64,000 nucleotides of DNA from Acidobacteriota bacterium (GTDB lineage Bacteria > Acidobacteriota > Thermoanaerobaculia > Multivoradales > Multivoraceae): assembly GCA_029263415.1 (NCBI GenBank), contig JAJCXN010000048.1, positions 75,169-139,168 on the forward strand. The letters run 5' to 3'. The position numbers and the translations under genes were made by a program. Positions 9,257 to 16,806 of the stretch are shown one piece after another. Position 1 is the first letter of the stretch. Every line of letters begins with the position of its first letter. The notes under the pieces are model-generated. The model had not been told where the DNA came from. It made no database searches and saw only the letters and a list, made by a program, of their open reading frames with translations.

Positions 9257-9349
9257 CCCAGCGGTGTCAACGCGGGCTGCATTGCTGATCGTCAACGGCA
9301 GGCGTAGCTCAAACGAACCGTGATGAACTTGGAAGGACGCTCCGGCACC
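9257..9349. repeat. 93-nt partial duplicate of the 3' part of the redoxin/DsbD-alpha-like gene (second copy at 17053..17144)
   Basis: About 91% nucleotide identity between 9257-9349 and 17053-17144. On the minus strand the intergenic copy still translates to GAGASFQVHHGSFELRLPLTISNAARVDTAG, against GTGESFQVHHGSFELRLPLTINNAARIDTAG in the gene. Confidence 0.75.
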
Positions 9350-9383
9350 TCTGCGAAAGGTGGCAGCCGCTAACCATCAACAG

Positions 9384-11111
9384 TTAGCTCTCGCCGGCAA
9401 GCCCAAGCTCCTTCATGCGACGATACAAAGTCGATCGACCGATCTCGAGCTCGCGAGCGACGGCGGACAGGTTGTTCTCGTTGCTGCGAATGGCAACTTC
9501 GATCTCGAAACGCTCCCAACGATCGACGCGTTGTTTGAGGCTGCCGTTAGCAGGCTCTCGCAGCACTGGGACCGCCTCTCGAATGGCGGGCTGCAAATGC
9601 GAACTTTGCAGCAGTTGATCGCGCTCAACGAACAGTGCCGCCCGCGCCATCTCCCGCTCCAACTGGCGGATATTGCCCGGCCATGCATAGTCCATCAATA
9701 CCTGCATCGCGGCTTTCGAGATGCCCAGCACGCGGTTGCCGGATTTGCTCGCCTCACGCTTTAGAAAGTAAGCAGCAAGGTTGGCGATGTCGGCGCGTCG
9801 CTCGCTCAGCGTCGGCAACTCAACCCGCCAGTCAGCGATGCGGTGGTACAAATCGCGACGAAATTGGTCGGCCGCAAGCAACGCGTCGAGGTCCTGATTG
9901 GTGGCTGCGACCACCCTCACCCGCGCTGGTTTCGGTTCCTGTCCGCCCAGGCGATACACCTCTCCATCTTGGAGGACCCGAAGAATCTTCGCTTGGGTAT
10001 CCAGAGCCATGTCGCCAATCTCGTCGAGGAACAAGGTGCCGCCATCCGCGAGTTCGAACTTGCCTGCACGCGGACTGACCCCGGTGGCAACGCCCTGTTC
10101 GATACCGAAGAGTTCGGACTCCAAGAGATCGCTCGGCAACGCCGCACAATTGAGGGCAACGAACGCTCGCGTGCTGCGCGGTGACGCCCGGTGAATGTAA
10201 CTGGCCAGCAGTTCCTTGCCGGTGCCCGAGCCACCAGTAATCATCACGCTGATTTCGCCTCTTGCCACCCGAGCAGCGTCTTCGTATATCTGCTGCACTC
10301 GAGGCACCACCGTTGCGGGCGAAGGCCCCTTCGGCGGCGCCGCTTCGTTTCGCTCCGCCAGTGGGACCTGTTGGCCGTCAACCAGCGCCATGAACCGACT
10401 GGCGGACTCGACCAGCGTCAGATTGCGCTTCGCCAAAGACGCCGCCAACAACTCCACTTCTACTCGCGCACTGGGCCCTTTGATCTCAACCGGGTAACCA
10501 GACGCTGGCGGGCCCAACTCGCGCTCTGCCTGGTACAAGAGACCGCCCAGCGCGCTCGAGATTCGAACGCTACGACACGGCAGGGTCTCGAACAGGCAGG
10601 CTCCGGCGACTTGGGCAGCTTCGGCCAAAGGAGCGCCGGTTTCCAAGCACGAGAGCCAGGACGGAAGGTGGTCTAGCGGAACCCGCTCCAGTGAACCAGT
10701 GAATGCCGTGGTCGGCGCGTACGCCGTCGCCCGCGACTCCTTTGCAGGTGGCTCAAACCTGACAGCCGGCACGGAGTCATCATCGCCCACCGCCTCGAGT
10801 CGCCCTTCGACGGTGCCGACGGTAACCGCCGCACCGACTTCGACCGTGGTCGGCGCGTCAATCCTCCTACCGCTCACCATGGTGCCGTTGCGCGACCCCA
10901 AGTCCTCTATCTCGACAGACCCAGCTATCTCGGGGGACTCAGCTATCTCGGGGGACTCAGCCAGAACTCGCACTAGCGCGTGACGTCTGGAAACGGTCGG
11001 GTCTGTGAGTAGCAGGTCGCTGGACGCTTCTGAGCCGAGCGTCGATTCCCCGACTTGCAAAGAGAAAGCCTGCAGCGTTCCGCCCGATTCGAACACCAGT
11101 CGAAAACTCAT
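9384..11111 (-). CDS. sigma-54-dependent Fis-family transcriptional activator with N-terminal FHA domain
   Basis: FHA-like N-terminus (FRLVFESGG…TLGS…LLTDPTVSRRHALV). AAA+ sigma-54 activator motifs GGSGTGKE (Walker A) and ESELFG. C-terminal Fis-type HTH (LSAVARELEIGRSTLYRRMKELGL). Start at ATG 11111 overlaps the kinase stop (ATGA). The track start at 11267 would add 52 aa with no similarity to anything. Confidence 0.85.
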   Translation of the reverse strand: MSFRLVFESGGTLQAFSLQVGESTLGSEASSDLLLTDPTVSRRHALVRVLAESPEIAESPEIAGSVEIEDLGSRNGTMVSGRRIDAPTTVEVGAAVTVGTVEGRLEAVGDDDSVPAVRFEPPAKESRATAYAPTTAFTGSLERVPLDHLPSWLSCLETGAPLAEAAQVAGACLFETLPCRSVRISSALGGLLYQAERELGPPASGYPVEIKGPSARVEVELLAASLAKRNLTLVESASRFMALVDGQQVPLAERNEAAPPKGPSPATVVPRVQQIYEDAARVARGEISVMITGGSGTGKELLASYIHRASPRSTRAFVALNCAALPSDLLESELFGIEQGVATGVSPRAGKFELADGGTLFLDEIGDMALDTQAKILRVLQDGEVYRLGGQEPKPARVRVVAATNQDLDALLAADQFRRDLYHRIADWRVELPTLSERRADIANLAAYFLKREASKSGNRVLGISKAAMQVLMDYAWPGNIRQLEREMARAALFVERDQLLQSSHLQPAIREAVPVLREPANGSLKQRVDRWERFEIEVAIRSNENNLSAVARELEIGRSTLYRRMKELGLAGES

Positions 11112-14100
11112 TGCCCATCCCTCGTGATCAAACTCAGATCCAAATGTGGTGACAATTCCTGCAATTGCGCCAGAGACGCCGCCCTTGCTGCGCCCCACTT
11201 GGCTCGGGCGCTCGCACTCGGCGACAATTCGGCAAGCAGACCTTCGAGCGCGACCCGCGCCGCCCATGCTGCCGTCAGCGTAGGCTCGCGCTCGAGGATG
11301 CTACCAACGGTGGCCTCGCCCACAGTGGCGGCGCGCAGAGCCTCCGCAGCATCGACTGTGGCCAAGTACTCGGCGCGCCGACGCAAAGTCCGTGCGAGCG
11401 CCTCGGCATAGTAGGAATAGAACTCATCGGTCCGGCTCGCGCGCGCCTTGGTCAACGCCACTTCGAACGACGCCTTCGCATCGCCTTGCAACCGTGCCAC
11501 CTCACGTGCGCTCAAGAGCGCCATGCGCGCCTCGAGCACGGGAAACTCCGCGGGGTAGGTCTCGCGTAGCGGAGGTAGAAGCTCGGCCGCCTTCCTCAGC
11601 AAGGAGCCCACTGGCTGCCCGCGGTCAAGCCGCGTCCTCGCCTGATCCAGTCGAGAACTTGTCAGATTGAGCTGAGTCGTTGTTCGGTGCGGCGCTTCTT
11701 CGAGAATCTGTTCGAAGCCAGCAGCGGCTTCAGCGAAGCGTGGCTCGGCGTCGCCACCGCTGTCCGCCTCCCACAATGCTCGACTCCAAAGCATTAACGC
11801 AAGGTTGCCTCGCGCACTTCGATCCGCAGGGTCCGCACTCAGCGCGCGGCGGCAAGCGCTCTCGCTCCAGTGGTAGTACTCGGTCGGATCACTGCCGCGC
11901 AGCGACAGGTGGTACCCCCAGTGACTGCCCACGTTGCAGAGTTCGGCGGCGAGCTCTACTTCAACCAAGCCCGCGTTCAAAAGCCCGGTGGCGAAGGCGC
12001 CCTGGGCGCGCTGCCAAGCAGGCACCGGGTCCTCTCCACGGAGGCTAAGGAAGAGTCCATAGCGAGTCAGCGTTTGCCCGAGCTTGAGGTGTGAGTACGG
12101 ATCGCCGGGTCGCAAGTCAACAGCTTCCTCAAGTGCCTTCAAGGACTCCGCATACTGGCGATCCGGAGGGTCCCCTTGATCGCCAAGAAAATTACCCCAC
12201 ACCCAATGCAGACTCCCCAGGTGACTAAGCAATCCCGCATCACGGCGGACTCGCAGTCCCTTTCGTGCCAAGCCTTCCGTTGCCCGCAAGGTTGCTATCG
12301 GATCATCGCCACGGCCAGCCAAGGCGTTGGCCATTCGCCAACCCGCTTCACCAATGAGTGAATAGGCCGGAAGGTAGTCAGGGTTGCTTTCGAGCGCTCG
12401 GCCGCAAGCCGCCTGCGCGCTCGCAAAGGCGTCATCAGGCGGCAGCGCTTGCGCCACTCTAACTTCCATCGCTCGGATGTGGCCTCGACACTCCTGACTG
12501 AGAGCAGCCGGATCGCTACGACCAGCACCCACCGCGATCGCTATCGCCTCCAGGCCCTTTGCCAATGCGATCTGCGCTCCGGCGATGTGTCCCTTCGAAA
12601 GCTCAACCACGACCTCCCGCAGCCGAGCTTCTGCACGCAGCATTTCACCCTCATAAAACAGCGGGTTCGCCGCCGTCGCCGAGCTGCCGCGTTCTGCCGC
12701 CTCGTCGAATCGACCCTCGATCAAGGCCAACAAACCCGCGATGAACTGGGCCTCGTACACCCGCAGTCCCTCGGCAGTTTCCCGCGCTCCCTCGAGAATG
12801 CGAACTGCCCGGTCGGCTGTGCTTAGGCGCGCCTCCGCGACCGCGCTGGTGCGCGAGTCCGCCGACTCAAGACCTTGGGCTCGCTCAATCTCCTGACGAA
12901 ACCGCTCGGCCAGGGTGCGGCCCAATGCCAACTGGACCCCAGGACCATTCGCAGTCGATGATGCGGCCCCCTCTAAGGCTACCTCTGCCTCTTGCCAGTG
13001 ACCCAGCGCCATGAATCCGCGGCCTCGCGCGTAGTCTGCCGCCCCCCGCAGTCGAGCCGACATCGCTTGGGCACGGGCCTCGAGCGCAGCGATCTCCTCG
13101 AGCACGCGCCGCTCCTCTCCTCGAACATCATGGCGCGGGGCAAGATGAGCAAGCCGCAACGACGCTTCGAGACGCTCCACCGTCTGGCCCACTTCCTGGG
13201 CGAACGCTGCTTCGCGCGTTGAGCGGTTCTGGTTCCACACCGACCAAAGACCGAAGCCAAGCGTCACCAGCAGAGCGCTCGCAACCGCAACCGCCGCCAC
13301 TGGATTGCGCTGTGCCCTCCGCCACCAGCGCCGTGCCGCGCTGAGCGGTCGCGCGGTGACCGGCCGGCCGTCGAGCCACCGCTCGAGATCTTCACTGAGG
13401 GCCTGAGCGGTGGCATATCGCCGCTGGGGGACTTTCTCCAAACACTGTTCGGTGATCGCTCGCAGATCCATGGGTAGGTCAGGCGCCACCCGCGAAAGGG
13501 TCGGCGGATCCTCCTGCAACACCTTCACCAGTGAGCCCAGTTGTGAATCTGAAGCGAACGGTTGAACGCCGGCCAGCAGCTCGTACAAGAGAATCCCTAA
13601 GCCGAACACGTCGCTACGTCGATCCAGTCGCCGCAGATCACCTGCCGCCTGCTCCGGCGACATGTACCCTGGCGTGCCCAGGGCTTGGCCAGTCACGGTA
13701 AGGCCACGCGCAGCCGCAACAGTCTCACCTTCTGAAGGCTGCAAGCCGCGAGCGATGCCGAAGTCCAAGACGAAAGGCACTAATGCGCCGTCGTCGTGCT
13801 GCTCCACTAAGATGTTCGACGGTTTAATGTCGCGGTGAATCAGCCCCACCTCATGCGCGGCGTGCAGCGCGTCCGCGATGGTGTGCATGACCTGCACCTT
13901 GAGCTTCAGAGACCGGCCCTCGAGCGCTTCGTCCAGCGGCTTGCCGTCGATCAGTTGCATGCTGATAAACGGCCGCTCGTCCTGGTAGCCGACCTGGTAC
14001 ACCTTGGCTACGTTGGGGTGTTCGACCTTCGCTTGAGCGCGGGCCTCGCGCAGGAAGCGCTCCACCGCCTGCCGGTCATCGGAAAGGAGGTACTTGAGCG

Positions 14101-14188
14101 CAACCTCTCTGCCCAGATCCTCATCGAATGCACGGAGGACACGGCCCATGGCGCCTTCGCCAAGAGGGACTGCGGTGCCTAGCCGCAT
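11108..14188 (-). CDS. Ser/Thr protein kinase with one TM helix and a long TPR-like C-terminal region
   Basis: Hanks kinase motifs: LGEGAMGRV (Gly loop), VALK, HRDIKPSNIL, DFGIA, GTPGYMSPE. TM segment VAAVAVASALLVTLGFGLWSVW. About 650 aa of Ala/Leu/Arg-rich helical repeats follow. Confidence 0.85.
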   Translation of the reverse strand: MRLGTAVPLGEGAMGRVLRAFDEDLGREVALKYLLSDDRQAVERFLREARAQAKVEHPNVAKVYQVGYQDERPFISMQLIDGKPLDEALEGRSLKLKVQVMHTIADALHAAHEVGLIHRDIKPSNILVEQHDDGALVPFVLDFGIARGLQPSEGETVAAARGLTVTGQALGTPGYMSPEQAAGDLRRLDRRSDVFGLGILLYELLAGVQPFASDSQLGSLVKVLQEDPPTLSRVAPDLPMDLRAITEQCLEKVPQRRYATAQALSEDLERWLDGRPVTARPLSAARRWWRRAQRNPVAAVAVASALLVTLGFGLWSVWNQNRSTREAAFAQEVGQTVERLEASLRLAHLAPRHDVRGEERRVLEEIAALEARAQAMSARLRGAADYARGRGFMALGHWQEAEVALEGAASSTANGPGVQLALGRTLAERFRQEIERAQGLESADSRTSAVAEARLSTADRAVRILEGARETAEGLRVYEAQFIAGLLALIEGRFDEAAERGSSATAANPLFYEGEMLRAEARLREVVVELSKGHIAGAQIALAKGLEAIAIAVGAGRSDPAALSQECRGHIRAMEVRVAQALPPDDAFASAQAACGRALESNPDYLPAYSLIGEAGWRMANALAGRGDDPIATLRATEGLARKGLRVRRDAGLLSHLGSLHWVWGNFLGDQGDPPDRQYAESLKALEEAVDLRPGDPYSHLKLGQTLTRYGLFLSLRGEDPVPAWQRAQGAFATGLLNAGLVEVELAAELCNVGSHWGYHLSLRGSDPTEYYHWSESACRRALSADPADRSARGNLALMLWSRALWEADSGGDAEPRFAEAAAGFEQILEEAPHRTTTQLNLTSSRLDQARTRLDRGQPVGSLLRKAAELLPPLRETYPAEFPVLEARMALLSAREVARLQGDAKASFEVALTKARASRTDEFYSYYAEALARTLRRRAEYLATVDAAEALRAATVGEATVGSILEREPTLTAAWAARVALEGLLAELSPSASARAKWGAARAASLAQLQELSPHLDLSLITRDGQ

Positions 14189-14603
14189 GGCCAGCGACCG
14201 CGATCACGGGAATCGATCAAGAGCATTGCGCCAAGTGTTTCAGAACCGCGACACATGATCCGCATCTGAAACGAGAAACTCCGACCCAGGGCTAGAACTC
14301 GCGAGCCGAGCCTCGATCACGCGCCATGAGATCCCTGCCCGTAGGCTGCCCGTTCCACCTGCCTAGATCCCACCGGACCTTGAGAGATGGCGGCGCCTCG
14401 GTGGCGCCGCCCCTATTCATGTCTGAGGCAACCGCTCGGCAGCCCCGCCAACTCGCAGGCCCCCCTTGCGAAGCGCACGTGCGCTGAGTTCGGGCAGCGT
14501 GGCCTTCGATGAAGTCTCAGGGAGGCTACGCACTTCCACCCTAGCGAGGCGTTTCGAACACGGAAAGGTCGTGGCACTGGATCCTCACGAATGGGTACTA
14601 CTC

Positions 14604-14635
14604 GGGCGAGGGCGTTGCAAAGCACTCCCTCGCCC
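14604..14635 (-). terminator. GC-rich stem-loop (GGGCGAGGG … CCCTCGCCC) about 27 nt downstream of the lipoprotein gene stop; weak terminator candidate
   Basis: 9-bp perfect stem with a 14-nt loop seen in the sequence. No U-tract follows, so intrinsic terminator function is uncertain. Confidence 0.2.
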
Positions 14636-14661
14636 GCTATCTAGTCGATGTAGCCCCGATA

Positions 14662-15090
14662 TCAGCTTGAGCAGATCTCGCTCCCGCCGACGCTGAACCC
14701 AGTCACGTCCCAGCGCACGTTACCGGTTTTCTTGACGTTGACGGCCAATGCTACGGCCTCCTCGTTCACCGTTAGGGTTGCCTGTACTGTCGCGGTCTTG
14801 CCCTCACCTTGAGCGAGCTCTCCCATCGCGTAGGCGGAGGGTTTTCCTCGCACGCCGGACTTCGCCTTTTGCTCCAGTGCGCCCATGTCACCGCCGCACG
14901 CCGATTGTGCCTCCGGAGTTAGGCCGCCAAACGCCAGATCCCACATGCCCATTTGCATCGACTGAGTAAAGGCATCGGCCGCGAACTTGGCTTGCTTCGT
15001 CTCCGTTTCGTCGAGACCTCCTCCGCCGCCGCACGCTGCTACACCCACGACTACACCGAGTATCAACAACATCATTCGTTGGGTTCTCAT
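14662..15090 (-). CDS. small lipoprotein, hypothetical
   Basis: GGAGAAG 8 nt upstream of ATG. Signal peptide with lipobox LLILGVVVGVAAC followed by a Gly-rich linker. Confidence 0.6.
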   Translation of the reverse strand: MRTQRMMLLILGVVVGVAACGGGGGLDETETKQAKFAADAFTQSMQMGMWDLAFGGLTPEAQSACGGDMGALEQKAKSGVRGKPSAYAMGELAQGEGKTATVQATLTVNEEAVALAVNVKKTGNVRWDVTGFSVGGSEICSS

Positions 15091-15563
15091 CTTTCAACTT
15101 CTCCTGCGCCGAGAACGGCTACGAAGGAACTGCGGGAGTGCAATCCAAAATCGATCCTGGCCGTCCTATTGAATGGTGACGGCACACTCCTTCGCAATGT
15201 CGGTGCCAAGATGCGATCAGACTAAGCCTCACTAGACAGAGCGGCGATTGAGCGATGCCGGCTCGAGCTTCAGGCAGTCCCGACTCGTGTCACTGGCGGG
15301 ACGCCTGTTCCGTTTTCGGAACAGCTCGACGCATCGTCAACCAATCACAGGCGCCCAACAAAAAGCCTCGGACGACCCAACTGCGCCGGGCACTGGACGG
15401 AAACTCGACCGTCCGGAGACTTGGGATTGCCTCAGCGAGCGCCCCTTCCGGCCGCAACCTCGCCCCAACGCTCGAAGGTTGCGCGGCAGTCACGGCAGCG
15501 TTAGGCACGCTCCTTGCTCTTGATGTCTCCCGGCACGGGTTCTTACCCTTACAGGAGATCGAG

Positions 15564-16073
15564 ATGCGACGGATCGAATTCAAGGCTCCTCACTTTCAGC
15601 AAGGATCCCAACAACGATGCCTCGCGCTGCTCACTCTCATGATCGCGATCGCAGCCGGTGGGTGCGAGCGGGACGACCAGCTCGACCCAGCCCAGGAAGC
15701 CGAACGGGCCGCGATGTTCTATGTGGCGCTGATGGAGCACACGGAAGAACTGCTGGAGCACAACGCGGCCGACCTGCCTGAACAGATTGAGGCCGCGCGT
15801 CAGCGATCTCAGGAGCTGCTAGAGCAGGTTTCAGTTGCTTGCAAGAACCTCACAAACGAGCAGTACGGCCAGTACAGCGGGCGCCAATTCCAGCTCGAAG
15901 GCACGGTGAAATATCAAAACGCGGAGCTCGTGCAAGACCGACTGATGGCCATCTCCGGTGCCAGGCCTGAGCTCGGTCCAGTGGCGCAGCGTTTTCGCAG
16001 CATCCGCGCCTACGGAGACGTCGTCGAACTCCGGAGTCAGTTTCCCGAAGACGCCGCCCGTTTGGGCCTCTGA
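15564..16073 (+). CDS. lipoprotein, hypothetical
   Basis: Internal start MRRIEFKAPHF… with GGAG 7 nt upstream. Signal plus lipobox LLTLMIAIAAGGC. The upstream 103 codons of track ORF 15255..16073 have no signal and low complexity. Confidence 0.55.
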   Translation: MRRIEFKAPHFQQGSQQRCLALLTLMIAIAAGGCERDDQLDPAQEAERAAMFYVALMEHTEELLEHNAADLPEQIEAARQRSQELLEQVSVACKNLTNEQYGQYSGRQFQLEGTVKYQNAELVQDRLMAISGARPELGPVAQRFRSIRAYGDVVELRSQFPEDAARLGL

Positions 16074-16121
16074 TCGCATTGTTATCGCTATCCGAACAAC
16101 ACACACCTTGGAGGCCACCAA

Positions 16122-16451
16122 ATGAATAGACGTCAGCGAAATCCGTATGCACAGCACCGTTCGGCCGCGAAAATGTTGATGACGGCCAGCTGCATTAGCC
16201 TGGCCCTCTTGGGCGCATGCTCTTCGTCCCTGCCCTCCGACCCAACGGAAGCCGGCAAGCAAATCGCCGAACAACGTTGCGACTGCACCAAAGCCGAAGC
16301 GCCCTACGTCGCGAGTTGCGTCAACACAGCCTCGAGAACTCTGCAAACCGGCACCGAAAAGTACGACGCGAAGGGCCGCATAGCAATGGTCAAATCATAC
16401 GAATCAGAGTTCGAGCGGTGTCCATGGGACAAGCCCGAGTTCTATGAATAG
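16122..16451 (+). CDS. small Cys-containing lipoprotein, hypothetical
   Basis: GGAGG 7 nt upstream of ATG. Lipobox ISLALLGACSS. 5 Cys in the mature part. Confidence 0.55.
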   Translation: MNRRQRNPYAQHRSAAKMLMTASCISLALLGACSSSLPSDPTEAGKQIAEQRCDCTKAEAPYVASCVNTASRTLQTGTEKYDAKGRIAMVKSYESEFERCPWDKPEFYE

Positions 16452-16806
16452 GAAACTCGAGTTGCGAACTACCAGAGACTTCTTCGTGCCGTTACAGCCG
16501 ATCCAGTCGAGCAAGCCGAGCAAGCCGAGCAAGCTTGTCGAGAGCCTCAACGCTACGGGACGGCTTTGATCCGGACAGCTTTGATCCGGACTGCGCTTAC
16601 CGTAGCCGCCGTCCCATCGACCAACCTCGAACAACTCTCACTCCGAAGAGGAAAGCCAATGCGCTCCACACTCGTCGCTGCGGTTCGCTCTTTTCCTCAT
16701 CGCATTGCTGCAAACTTGCCTGCCAGCTACTGCAGTTGTCAGAACATCACTCTTCCGATTGACACATTTATCGGTACAGCCCTTGCCCGTCTGGCGGTGG
16801 CACAGA

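Noticed and set aside
8897-9295. 132-aa minus-strand ORF beginning MTISNAARVDTAGL
   Set aside because: It is the read-through of the 93-nt duplicated gene fragment into the 3' end of the tail-fibre-like gene; not an independent gene.
14389-14411. Perfect 9-bp GC hairpin GGCGGCGCC-tcggt-GGCGCCGCC
   Set aside because: Lies in a promoter-side intergenic region with no flanking U-tract on either strand, so not callable as a terminator. Possibly a protein-binding palindrome.
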